A DNA stretch of 52,394 nt, taken from Chiloscyllium plagiosum (Eukaryota). The translations under genes were made by a program, and so were the position numbers. This document shows positions 1 through 14,211 of the stretch, one piece after another (position 1 is the stretch's first letter; every line of letters starts with the position of its first letter). The stretch spans positions 26,298,382 through 26,350,775 of the forward strand of contig NC_057719.1 of NCBI RefSeq assembly GCF_004010195.1. Direction: 5' to 3'. The notes beneath the pieces are model-generated. The model was not told the DNA's origin, ran no database searches, and saw only the letters and a list, made by a program, of their open reading frames with translations.

Positions 1-425
1 TTTTCTAGATGATTATAAATCCTATCTCTTATAACCTTTTTCAACACTTTACCAACAACTGATGTAATGCTCACTGGTCTATAATTACCGAGATTATCTC
101 TACTTCCCTTCTTGAACAGGGGAACCACATTTGCTATCCTCCAGTCTTCTGGCACTATTCCTGTAGACAATGGCGATTTTAAGATCAATGCCAAAGGCTC
201 AGCAATCTCCTCCCTGGCTTCCCAGAGGATCCCAGGATAAATCCCATCCGGCCCAGGGGACTTATCTATTTTCACACTCTGCAGGATTTCTAATACCTCT
301 TCCTTGTGAACCTCAATCCCACCTAGTCTAGTAGCCTATATTTCAGTATTCTCCTCGACAACATTGTCATTTTCTAGAGTGAAAACTGTTGAAAAATATT
401 CATTTAGTGCTTCCCCTGACTCCAC
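1..425 (-). mobile_element. CR1 LINE ORF2 (RT) fragment
   Basis: Resembles the minus-strand CR1 RT segment at 37400-37760 (DKSPGPD region). Confidence 0.75.
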
Positions 426-802
426 ACACATATAGTTTTGCATATAGTTTTGGTCCCCTTACATGAGGATGGATATAGGTGCATTGGGGCAGTTCAGAGG
501 AGATTCACTAGATTGACTGCAGAATTGAACAGTTTGTCTTATGAGCAGTTTAGGCCTATACTCTGTAGAAGAATGAGAGAGAAAATTGAGATATGTAAGA
601 TGCTAAAGGGGATTGACAAAGCAGATGTCAAGCAGCTGTTTCCTCTGGTGGCAATCTAGAATGAGAGGTCATAGCTTTAGGTAAGGGGTAGCAGATTTAA
701 ATCAGACATGAGGAGAAATTATTTCTCTCAAAGAGTCATGAATCTTGTGGGATTCAGTATAGTGAATGCTGGTACATTGAATACATTTGAGGAGGATGCA
801 GA

Positions 803-2024
<1,222 letters not shown>

Positions 2025-3179
2025 TTAATGACTGATGCCAGAAAATGAGTTTTTTATTCAAAGCAAATCCATGGTTGAATGATATGGAGCAGACATAGTG
2101 GGCACGTAGTGAGAAAGCACAGCATCTTGCTTGTTGATAATTTTATCACTGACCACTGCAATGTTTTGTTTCAACAGGATTAGTGCAGCAAAATTTTGTC
2201 AATTTCCAATATTGCATCTGTATTCAACATTTTACCATATTCATAGAAACAAGGTATGCCTCAGACTGTTTTGCTACTAAAAATGAGAAATTGATGTGCA
2301 ACTTTTCATGACTGGTCTTAGATGATTCCAGAAGAAAATATCTGAAGACCAACTATCAAGAGTTTTAGCAGAAGTAATTAATCTGAAATGTTAGCCTTAG
2401 GTTTATTTCTCAACAGATACTATTTGACCTGCTGACTGTTTTCAAAAGATTATGTCGCTATTTCAGAAGTTCTTTAGTTTTAGGTCATTGGAAATTGAGA
2501 AATGATTTGCATTTGTATTTTATCTTGAAAGTTGGGTGATTACATCAAGATCATGTTTACTGCCTATTCCTGGCTGCTCTGAGGTAATGGCAATGACCAA
2601 TCCTCAATGAGATGCTGGTCCTATTAGGATAGGGAAATAAAAGTTTTGACCCAATGATGATAAAGGAGGTAGCGAGATATATCATATATTCTCATGAGAC
2701 TGATGCCCTACGCTTTCAAGGCAACAAAACTTATGGGAATGAGAACTGTTGTCAATGTATGTGTAATAAACTAATGCAATAAATGTTGCAGACAGTATGT
2801 TCTAACCATAGTGGTTTGACAATGTTTGGAGTTGCTCATGAATTAAGTGACAGAGGGATATAATCAAAGAGTCTGCTTCGTCCCAGATGATGCTGATCTT
2901 CTTGGGCGTTACCATGGCTGTATCCAGCTGGTAAGTAATGACCATTCCATTACATGCATGGCTTGAACTTTACAGCCACTGCATTGTTGAGATTGGTCTG
3001 GTTAAATATTTGGTCTATGGAAACCTCAGGACATTGTTGATAGGTAATGTTGAAGGTAAAAGGGGAATCTTTTTTTGTTGGAAGTGGTCAGCGGTTCATA
3101 TGTAGTTTGAATATTACCAAGCACATATCAGCCCAGGGCTGTTTATTATTCACATTCCACTAAAGGCTGACATGACTGA

Positions 3180-3830
3180 TCAATTAGAGAATTCCACACA
3201 TTCACTACCCTGTGGGAGAATAAATTCCTTTGCATCTCAGTTTTAAATGATTTCCGCCTTATTCTGTTACTTCAGAATTAGAACTAAATTTATTATCATA
3301 TGTAAAGTACAAAAGTAATGAAAAATTTACAATGTTGCCCCTCAAAGCACTATCTTAGGCACAAAGTATCTAAGGTACAAATCTTAGATACAAATAGAGA
3401 AATTAAAAAAAAAGGTTACTTTGTCCCCTAGTTCAAGATTCCTTCACTAGTAGAAAGATCTTCTCAACATCAACACAATCATGCCCTTTCAGAATATTGT
3501 GTTTCAATAAGCCATCCCTCATTCTTCTAAACTTTATTTAATAAAGATTTAACCTTCCTCCCACTAATCAGCCTAGTGAATCTATTTTGAATGACTCCAA
3601 TGCCAGACTAGCCTTTATAAAATACAGGGACCAAACTGTACATGGTATAGTGTGGTCTCACTAACATCCCTGTAACAAGACTTAGTTGTTTTTAAAGTCC
3701 AACCCCCTCTGGCAATAAAAATCAAAACATCATTTCCCCTAATTACTTGCTACAATTTACATGCTAACGTTTTTGTGTTTCATCCACAAGAACACCCAGA
3801 TCCATCTGCGCTGCAAGTTTGTGCAATCTG
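3180..3830 (-). mobile_element. Decayed CR1-type LINE 3' fragment
   Basis: Resembles the minus-strand fragments at 44040-44170 and 45050-45480. Confidence 0.5.
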
Positions 3831-4234
3831 GCAGAGATGAAAATGGTTATACAAAGCATGTTGCCCTGAAGTCTGGCACTGATTCCATGGGGATGCAATG
3901 ATTGCCCTCAAGTAAGCAGGCCAATACTCCTCTCTGTTGCTAAGCCACCAACTATCCCAATTCCCAATAAGGCCAGTTTTGCCGAAGCTCACTAGTGCTT
4001 AAGCAGTCAAGTATTCTCATGATGTCAAATGTAGCTACTTCGTTTCTCAAGCATTCAATTCTTGTATGGAATAGGTTGATGAAATTCAGAGTCAAAAAGT
4101 TTGGCAGGGCTCAAACTGAACATTTGCAAGCAGTTTATTGATGAGAGATGGGCCCTAAGACAGAGAGTCTGCAGCACCTAGCAAAACTGGTGAGAGGAGA
4201 AACTGGGACTGGGAATCAACATCACCAACAGATA

Positions 4235-5859
4235 TGTCAAGAAAAGGATCCCAGACAAGCAGTTAGAAACAAAGACAGTTTTATTGGAGTTGATTGATGA
4301 GTAATTTTACTTTAAATTGAAGAAGGGAAGAACATTGTAATTAGCCTGAAAGTAGGCTCAATGCATGGCAGGACGGTTTGACTGCATTCAATGGCCATTC
4401 TATGTCATGTGTGGTTGATACTTCATGTGGCCTAAATGATCACATGTGTCTATGTCTCCAGCTGTAAAAAAAATTGACAGCGAGATTTTGGATCTGTAGC
4501 GATGGCTGGAATCAATGTGATGCATCTGCAAAGCTGAGAACTACATGGATAGCACATTTAACAAAATAGTCACTGTTGGGTTAGCCCATGGCCAGAGGTT
4601 GCACAAGATGGCTGCCCGTTGGCATTTACTTGGCATAAATATGGCAGAGAAGATTTTTAGCTGCAGAAACAGAATTAGCTTGCTGTGTGCAGAATTGAAG
4701 TGAGATCATAATTTAGGACAATGGTAATTTGGAGAAGCAGATAAATTCAAGGTAACAGGGTCCAGGCTGGACAAAGGATCTTACAAATTAATATATAAGG
4801 AGTTCTGCACAAACCCACAGCTGCAGGTGTCTGTTAAAGACAGTCTGAGAAGAGATGTCTAGGAACAGACAGCCCGAAGTTTGTAGTTTAGCAAGAATTT
4901 TTTAAAAAAGTATGATCCCACGATAACAGAGACAAATGGTAAGGTAAAAGAAGAATGACATTATGTCTTGTAAAACTCTAGGAGTTCAGACAAGTTCACT
5001 GAGCTGTGAAAGTAATTGAGTTTGTCTTATTAATGGAATAGTTGTTGTCTTATTGAGTGAATGAGTTAGTGGCGAAATAGTTAGAGTCAGGTCAATAAAT
5101 TTAATTTAGAAGACATCATGTGACTAGAACGAGTTATAGTTGCAGCTGCAAGATGGAGGGACAGTGTTTACCTGACCTTCCAAGGTCAGGTGGGAAAGAA
5201 GCTGCTGAACTCATAGGCTTAGGTGTAACCACATAACTCTTTATATGACTAATCTTCTATTAGAACTGATATTATAAATTTGATAGCAATTAATAAGAAT
5301 TAGCATCATTTTGTATCGCCTGTGATTAAAGTAGTAATAAATAATAAGATGGGTAAGAGAATTTGATAAAGACAGCAAGGAATATAATGAATAACAGAAT
5401 TCAAACAATCCTTAGAAATAAACAGGTCGGGTAAATGTCTGAAAAAAGAACCCCCATTAACACTGGAATGTAAATTAATGGGATACGCTGTAAGATCCCA
5501 AGGCCAGATGTTAACGATGTCTGGTAAGCATCATGAGATCATACAGGGAGTGTCCATATTGATCGGGTGTTTTACAGAATTGGATGCAATCCTGTGAAAG
5601 GATTAGGGGGATGGAACAATGATATCAATGTTGCATGTAATTATTGTAATGCAAAATGTATAAAAATTATGTATTTGGCTAGGGAAGCCAAAGTGTCACT
5701 GAACTCTCTTCCAATCTGAGCAGTGATTAAGAGGGCAACTGGACCCCACATGAAAGCCAGATTCGGAGTGGTCTCTGGCTTCTCGCACGTGTGGTAAAAG
5801 AGCTGTGATTAAAGATCACTTGTATTGCTGAACACAGAGCTGGAGACTCCTCTTTGACA
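4235..5859 (+). mobile_element. Probable solo LTR or LTR-like element (~1.6 kb)
   Basis: TGTCAAGAAAAGGA...TCCTCTTTGACA termini (TG..CA with a short inverted repeat), TATAAAA at ~5659, ATTAAA at ~5808, and no coding capacity. No TSD was found. Confidence 0.5.
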
Positions 5860-7168
5860 TCTCTCATCTTTCCACAATGGACACATCACAGTTTAAGACA
5901 AGACTGGTAGACAAGGAACGGGGGATGGCTAAGCAATCTAGAACAACTAAGCAGGATGTGTAGTGCCCCCTGAGTCTATCTAATTCATGAGCCATTTTCC
6001 ATTTTGAAGAATAGACAATGAAATAAACCAATGCATTGGCCTTTCTGACAGTATGTATTTCTCTAGAAAAGAACCAATTTGTTTTTATACAAAGCTATAG
6101 CTTCTGACAAGGGCAAAGGCAGAATATTAATTCCATTTGTAATTTAATTAAATCTAAATTTTAATCAAATTACCAACTGTTAAATTTCAGTTATTTTGTT
6201 TACAAGCTTTAATCTTTTGTTTCTGGTCACTCAACTCAACTTATATTGAAGAGGAGAAAAACTTAGAAAAGCCATCAACAAGATGTCCTCAACATCAACT
6301 CTTTCTATCAGTAACATGTCTTGACACTTAATTGTACAAGGTTTTCTCTTTAAAGTAAGGCAATTGAAGTGTGTTTCCAAATCTGTTCTGCCCTGGTTCC
6401 TTTTTTAAAAAACATATATAAAGAATCAAATAAACCCTAGTTATTTCATACTAATTACTGGCTTCCAGGAGTCAAGTAAAACTTTAATTTTGATCCAAAA
6501 TGAAGTTGAGATTTCTAAAGTTAAATGAACCATGGATGTGTATGTTGGAAATATAAATTTACTTTAAGTTATACTTTTTCAGACCCATGATTATGAAATC
6601 TTCCTGTTGCTAGATCTTTGACTGATAAATAATTTCACATGATCTGTGCAAGAGAAAGCTAGAACATATTTTGAAATCCAGAATAATAATATTGCAAGCT
6701 ATATCTTAATACAGAAGCTGGATAAATAATTGAACTATGGCACTTAAATGTCAATATACATTTCACATTAAAAAATCTTTTTTTACCTAAAGACTCATTA
6801 ACTCTATAAAAATTCAACACATCACAATGCAAAGTCAAACCGATTATGGTCTGATCTCCAGTAAAATTGTGATCGATGAATGCACCTCTTAAACCCATAA
6901 TCTCTAGAATGTACATGATAAAATCGATTCTTGCAAACTCCCCTGTAAGTCAGACATCATTCAGATTTGGAAATAATGCTGCTCCTTCCTTGCAGATGGG
7001 CCAAAATATTGGAACTCTCTATCTACAGCACTGTAGGAATACCTTCACACAATGGCTGCAGCAGTTCAAGGTAGCTGCTCATCACCACAATCTCAATGCT
7101 CACTTTGCCAGCGACACCGCCATCGTATGAACAAATGAAAAATAAGTATCTTAATTGAATTTCCATAC

Positions 7169-7477
7169 CTCATTTGGTGACAATGGTTCCAGTGTGGGAA
7201 TTACATCAAGATCTTCATTGGTCTCTTTTTCATCATCATCAAAAAGGCTCTTCATAGCTTTTTGCTGAGCTGCAACTTGGTCAGAGTTATGTGTAGATGA
7301 GGGAGCATCAACCTGCATTTCTCCTTCTTCATCCTCTCTTAACTCACCTTCTTCCAGAATGACCCCTGTATCTACCTTTGATACCCTCATATCCAAGACA
7401 CCATCTATCCAAGCTAACTCTGCATCCTTTGCTTTACAGAACTGGAGAGAGCTGACTAAAGAATCCTTTAGTCTAAC
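7169..7477 (-). CDS. CPSF2: CPSF2 coding exon 12 ([26 protein letters not shown]...[10 protein letters not shown])
   Basis: ORF 7151..7498; tcacAG/GTATG boundaries; 309 nt. Confidence 0.97.
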
Positions 7478-7790
7478 CTGTGAAAATGAAATATCCAAAT
7501 ATTAGGAAATCATAGAATAATACAGCCATTCTGCCCATCATCTCTATACAGGGATAAATGCTGTAATTTTATCAGGAAGTAATGGAAACCATAATACTTT
7601 GATCCAGAATATAACATTTTCAAATTTAAAATGGATTAAAACTCTTTTGAAATACAATTGAAAAATAACACAATTAAAAGAACTTTTTTAGTTCTTCCAG
7701 AGATAATTTCTGGTGTACTTTTGAATATTTTTCCCATTGTTAATTTAAGAAAATTGTTTATAACATGTAAAAATACTGAGCAACAAACAT

Positions 7791-8106
7791 TTTAGATTAG
7801 ATTAGATTACTTACAGTGTGGAAACAGGCCCTTCGGCCCAACAAGTCCACACCGACCCGCCGAAGCGCAACCCACCCATACCCCTACATTTACCCCTTAC
7901 CTAACACTACGGGCAATTTAGCATGGCCAATTCACCTAACCTGCACATCTTTGGACTGTGGGAGGAAACCGGAGCACCCGGAGGAAACCCACGCAGACAC
8001 GGGGAGAACGTGCAAACTCCACACAGTCGTCTGAGGCGGGAATTGAACCCGGGTCTCTGGCGCTGTGAGGCAGCAGTGCTAACCACTGTGCCACCGTGCC
8101 GCCCAC
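7791..8106 (-). mobile_element. Young tRNA-derived V-SINE (HE1-like elasmobranch SINE)
   Basis: The reverse complement has an A box (TGGCACAGTGG), a B box (GGTTCAATTCC), the V-domain core GTGTGGAGTTTGCACGTTCTCCCCGTGTCTGCGTGGGTTTCCTCCGGGTGCTCCGG, a CR1-derived 3' end and a (TCTAA)n tail. CpGs are retained. Confidence 0.9.
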
Positions 8107-8689
8107 AATTTCACTGATTACTTTGAGCTTTCAGCTATGGTTTTTGTGTCCTTCACGTTAACAGATTTAGTCAAAGATTAAAATTGTAAATTCAGTGCTA
8201 ACAATCTCAATGCTTTAATTTTTCAACTGCTAAGCAGCTTAATACCTGTGTTGTCATAATTTTCTTTGGAAAACATCAAACTTAGGTTTCACATAAAATT
8301 AATTTGTAGCAATATTTAGTGCCTCTGGCAGAGTTCCAAAGAATTGAAGCTGCTGCAATAACAGGATGTTAAATTTATAAATAACATTCATTAAAGGCTG
8401 GGTGTTGCTGTTCAAAGCTGCAAATTAGTGGTAATTTCTACCTTATTTGAGAATCTTATATAAAAATTATTTTTCCAAAAGAATGAAGATACAATCACTT
8501 AATTACATGCTTTGACCAAATGTTTTAAAGCAACAGTTATGATTTGCTGCTTCCTAGTTCTGGACTCAAGAGAACTCAAGAAATTGTACGGTTACTTCCA
8601 AATTTTATTACAAAACATTAACAGAAAAGAAAGGACTTGTTCTTATTTAGCTTCATTGAAAATTTCAAAAGCAATTCATAGCTAAATAA

Positions 8690-9784
8690 TGATGTGGAGA
8701 TGTCAGTGTTGGACTGGGGTGGAAAAGGTCAGAAGTCCATGACACCTGGTTACAATCCAAAAAGTTTATTTGACATCACAAGTTTTCGCAGCACTATTGC
8801 TTCATCAGGCGGAATGAAGAGAAACTAGCAGGCACATGATTTATAGGCAGAGAGATCAAAAGATCAATGGAGTGTCAATGGGCTGAATAACAGTTTTCTG
8901 CAGGTGATCAAAAGTGGGCCAAAGTGAGGACTGCAGATGTTGGAGATCAGAGTTGAGAGTGTGTTGCTGGAAAAGTACAGCAGGTCAGGCAGCATCCGAG
9001 GAATGGGAAAATCGACGTTTCAGGCAGGAGCCCTTCATTAGCAGGTTCCTGATGAAGGGCTCCTGCCCGAAACTTCAATTTTCCTGTCCGTCAGATGCTG
9101 CCTGACCTGCTGTGCTTTTCCAGCAACACACTCTCAAAGGTGTCAAAACTGTCAGACGGTGTGAGTAAAGTGTCAACTGCTGAATAGCAAGTGAAGGGAG
9201 GACTTATAGTCCGATTAACTGAGGCAGAGAGATAATTACAAAAATATAAAAATAAGATGGTGCTAGAAACAAACCAAATGCTGGAATAACATGAATTGTA
9301 ACTCCACCATACTGTTTCTGTATCTGTAAAATCTTCCTTATTGTCCTGTTTTGACACAATCACCTTGGCAACTTGTTGTGATCCCTTCACCTTAATTAAT
9401 TTGTACAGTTTTGAATTACTTATTACTTTGGTTAGACCCTTGGCACGCCAATCTTACACCTATTATGTTATTCCAGCCATTTGGTTTGTTTCAAGCCCCA
9501 CCTTACTTTTTAACTTTTTTATAATTATCACTCTGCCTCATTTGCTATTCAGCTCTTGACACTTTACTCACACTGTCTGGTAGTTTTGATCACCTGCAGA
9601 AACCTATTATTTAGCCTGTTGACACTCCACTCACACCATTTGTACGATATTTTGATCTCTACTTCTAAACTTCTGTGCCTGTGTGCTTCTCTTAACTCCA
9701 CCTGACAAAGGAGCAGCACTCTAAAGCTGTTGATTTCAAATAAACCTGATAGACTATAACCTGGTGCTGTGTGAAATCTGACCT
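8690..9784. mobile_element. Penelope-derived inverted-repeat element (family B) with decayed hammerhead motifs in both arms; contains a nested family A copy
   Basis: Arms ~8720-9290 and ~9465-9784 are reverse-complementary. TSD tagc(t/c)aaataa at 8679-8689 and 9785-9795. Termini are shared with 35490-35640 and 48707-48968. Confidence 0.75.
8914..9137. mobile_element. Penelope-derived palindromic element (family A) with two mutated hammerhead cores
   Basis: ~90 bp inverted arms; CTGATGAAGGGCTCCTGCCCGAAAC at 9049; TSD-like aggtg(a)tcaaaa at 8902-8913 and 9138-9148. Confidence 0.8.
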
Positions 9785-10172
9785 TAGCCAAATAAGGACT
9801 GTAACTTCACTTTAAAAATGAGTTATGTAAGCAAGTATGGAAGTCAAATTATATGAATGGTCAATACAGTAAAAAATGAACTTAGTTAGTAGTTTTTGGT
9901 AGTGTCAGGTCAAAAGATAAATGATAGACAAAAAGCTGGGAGAATGGACTGTTCTGTTTTGAGTAAAATCTTAGGATCTATTTCTCTCACTTACACAAGT
10001 TAACAGGAACTTGGTTTAATGTTGCACCGAATGCAGAACCCATTCAGTACTGCCATGGGGTTATCAGCCCATCTTTTGTTAAACTTCTAAAGTAGGGAGT
10101 GAATCCAGCAGCTAACTTTAAAGTGTCAATTTTGAGAACTCATTATCCCGCCCACATATTAATTTTAAATTA

Positions 10173-10526
<354 letters not shown>

Positions 10527-10577
10527 TTATGTATGCAAGGTTTATCAGCTCAAACATTAAAAATCAACCTTACTAAC

Positions 10578-10730
10578 CTGATTTCTATGGTTTCTAAAGC
10601 TGAGATACACTTTGTTGGAACATCAGATAAATCCTGATCCATAGGCTCCTCACCATTACTCAGACCAGAATCGAGTTTGCTCTTCTCTTCTTCTGCTGCT
10701 TGAAGTTCTGGAACCAAGAAATCCTCAGCT
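10578..10730 (-). CDS. CPSF2: CPSF2 coding exon 10 ([10 protein letters not shown]...[15 protein letters not shown])
   Basis: ORF 10550..10798; ttttAG/GTTAG boundaries; 153 nt. Confidence 0.97.
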
Positions 10731-11129
10731 CTAAAATAAAGGATCAGCAATAAACAACAAGGAAGCACAAGTGAAGGTAGCACAAGTTTGGGTTTCACAT
10801 TGGTTTTTACAAGTGCAACACTTGTAAATGTTTTGGTTTAAAAGAAGTCTGTGACAGGAACAGAAATTAATTGTCTACAACAAGAAATATAGTCACTTAG
10901 TACTTAAATTGACTATTGCTGAAAAGACCTTTATTGAATTTTCTCATTTTCCATCAGTACAAGTATGCCATTTCAAATAATTGCACCAACTTCTACTACA
11001 AGAGAAAAGGTTCCTGATTGGTTGGCAAGTCAACACTGATTGGCCAAGATGCTACCATAGAAAAGTGAAATACAATCAGATGTAAAAAGACAAATGAAAT
11101 ATTAATAAGGTTTACGAAAATCTTGATCA

Positions 11130-12372
11130 AAATGTTTGGAGGAGGCTGGAGAAGGTGACTGTGTCAAAAGTTGCACATGGGTCCAGGAGGAGGGAGAGAC
11201 AAAATACTCACTCACAATCACAGAGAGTGTATTCTGTGCCTTTGTTGTTTCAGTTGCAACAGCAGGACTCAAATGGGCACATATTCTTAGAGTTTGGATT
11301 GCAAAAGGAGTTTGGAGATGGGACAGTAGTTTGCAAGAATGAGAAGGAGTATAGTTAGGATTTGAGGAAGGGCATATTGTATGAAAGTGAGGGGATTCTA
11401 CATCAGGGATCTGTTCTGAGTCCTCTGCTCTTTGTGATTTTTATAAATGACTTGATGAGGAAACGGAAGGGTGGGTTAGTAAGTTTGACGGTAACATAAA
11501 GGTTGGTGGAATGGTGGATTGTGTGAAGGGCTGTTGTAGGTTGCAATGGGACATTGGCAGAATGCAGAACTGGGCTGATAAGTGGCAGATGGAGTTCAAT
11601 CTGGAAAAATGTGATGTGATTCATTTTAGAAGGTCAAATTTGAATACAGAATACAGGATTAAAGGCAGGATTGTTGGCAGTGTGGAGGTACAGAGGGGAT
11701 CTTCGGGTCCATGTCCATAGATTCCTCAAAGTTGCCACCCAATTTAATAGGATTGTTAATAAGGTGTATGGTATGTTGGCTTTCATTAGGAGGGGGATTG
11801 AGTTTAAGAGCCGCAAGATTAGGCTGCAGCTCTATAGAGCCCCAATTAGACCGCACTTGGAATATTGTGTTCAGTTCTGGTTGCATCATTATAGGAAGGA
11901 TGTGGAAGCTTTAGAAAGGGTGCAGAGGAGATTTACCAGGATGCTGCCTGGACTGGAGGTCATCTTTAAGAAGAAACGTTGAAGGAGCTACGGCTTTTCT
12001 CATTGGAGCGAAGAAGGATGACCGATGACTTGATAGAGGTGTACAAGATGATGAGAGATACAGGGTGAATAGTCAGAGACTTTTTCCCAGAGCAGAAATG
12101 GCTATCCCAAGTGGGCATAGGTGATTGCAGGAAGGTCTAGGGGAGATGTCAGAGGTTAATTCTTTATACAGAGTGGTGGGTGTGTGCAATGCACTGCCAG
12201 CAGTGGTAGTAGAGTCAGATACATTACGGGCATTTAAGCGACTCTTGGATAGGCACATGGGTGATGCTAAAATGAAGGGTATGTAGATTAGTTTGACCTT
12301 AATGTAGGATAGAAGGTCAGCACAACACCAAGGGCCGAAGGGCCTGCACTGTGCTGTACTGTTCTATGTTCT
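11130..12372 (+). mobile_element. 5'-truncated CR1 LINE (RT C-terminus plus 3'UTR)
   Basis: ORFs with WADKWQMEFN, RPHLEYCVQFW and LERVQRRFTRM; the 3' tail is ...tgtactgttctatgttct. Confidence 0.9.
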
Positions 12373-13818
12373 GAATGCAGAAGCATCATAATTCTGCTCC
12401 CAACTTCAGTAATGGCATAACAGTAAAAACTCAGACCAGGGAAAAGCCAGCCAAAGTTTGCTTAAAACAATGCACTAGTTATAATTCTAATGATGATTGT
12501 GTACATTTACCAGAAAATAATAGCTTGTTTTATGAAGTATATTCAAATAGCTTTTGTTGAAAAACTGAAGGTCCACAGGATATTGAATATTAAAGGTTTA
12601 GCTTTGAATGTTCAAGGGTTTTCAAACTGTCTACATTTGCACTAACAATTGCTGTGCTGACAGCAAGCAAGAAAGCTAACATTTTGCAACATAAAGCAGA
12701 ACCTCTTGAATATATTTAGCAGTTTGAATGTAATTCCACTTGTTAAGAGTTTTGTGCTGTAAGTGAGTATGTTAAAAATGAATTTAAAAACTGAATAGCA
12801 CGGAGCATGAATAAAATGACAGGAAGCAAGACAACATTATAGAATGAGGACATACTTTGCAGGTCACATATCCAATTCCAAATTCTTTTTCTTTAGTGAC
12901 TGATGTCTGAGAAAGACAAATGTAAGAATGAACCAGCCAAACATTAATAGTAAAGCATAACTAGTAGTTCATTAGAGATAGTAATAGTAATAGTAAAATG
13001 ATTTTGAGAAATCTAACAAATAAAAATGAATACCACAAAGCCCCAGCATCATTGGTCTCTACACAAGTAGATTACATATATTGTATTTAAAATAATGCTA
13101 GAACAATTACATAAAGATATCTCACATAACTTGAATATCCATGACAAAGCCTTATTTTTGTGTTCAAAACAAATCAACTACCCTAAGAGTTGCATTGTTG
13201 AAGCTGTCCACTTCTGTAAAACCTAGTGTTTATCACAGTCACATTAGCCCAGGAAACCACTATTCAAATTGATTTTATGTGACACGAATATTTGTCATCC
13301 AAGGCACAAATCGTGACATGGATGAATATGATATAAGCTCAGCAGCTGATTCATGTCCAGAATTAAGCAGAAGGAAAGTAAGTCAATAATATCACATCAT
13401 TTACAGCGAATTCTGTGACACAGCACTGAAAGTTTGCCTGAAAGATGAAGGAAATCCAGTACTGCATACTTATTGACTACTTAAGTGTCCAGGTTTTGAA
13501 TTACCTGGAAATACAGTTTCCTAAAAAGACATAGTTTAAGAAATTAAATAACAGTATGTTACACTAAAATTACTATGTAAATTTCCAAAAGGTATAGATT
13601 AAAATCAACATCATTTAGTGAACCACTGGAAAGTAAGGTGTGGGTCCAACTGTATTTATTTAAATGGTTAATTTAGCCATCATCAAAATATTTGGAATTG
13701 ATAGCACTTTTAAAATTCTGCATTTCAGGAATAATGTATACTCTCAGAATTCTCCAAATAGTATGTACATGAAAGTATGCTGTAGGTAATAAACTTGTGA
13801 ATGCTGCCTGATATAGCA

Positions 13819-14211
13819 GGGAGGAGAAAGTGAGAACTGCAGATGCTGGAGATCAGAGCTGAAATATGTGTTGCTGGAAAAGNNNNNNNNNNNNNNNNNN
13901 NNNNNNNNNNNNNNNNNNNNNNNNNNNNNNNNNNNNNNNNNNNNNNNNNNNNNNNNNNNNNNNNNNNNNNNNNNNNNNNNNNNNNNNCTTACCCCTCTCT
14001 GGCCTATCACCCTCACCTTAACCTCCTTCCACCTATCGCATTCCCAACGCCCCTCCCCCAAGTCCCTCCTTCCTAACTTTTATCTTAGCCTGCTTGGCAC
14101 ACCTTCCTCATTCCTGAAGAAGGGCTTATGCCCGAAACATCGATTCTCCTGCTACTTGGATGCAGCATGACCTGCTGCGCTTTTCCAGCAACACATTTTT
14201 TAGCTCAATCA
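13819..14211. mobile_element. Penelope-derived family A element with a hammerhead motif at 14114-14141; spans an assembly gap
   Basis: Perfect 10 bp TSD tgatatagca (13809-13818 and 14212-14221); CTGAAGAAGGGCTTATGCCCGAAACATC; inverted termini. Confidence 0.8.

Noticed and set aside
8040..8106. tRNA-like sequence
   Set aside because: It is the tRNA-derived head of the HE1-like SINE, not a tRNA gene.
13883..13987. N runs (also 37765-37798 and 38904-39024) and the ORFs spanning them
   Set aside because: These are assembly gaps or masked sequence inside repeats; ORFs crossing them are artefacts.
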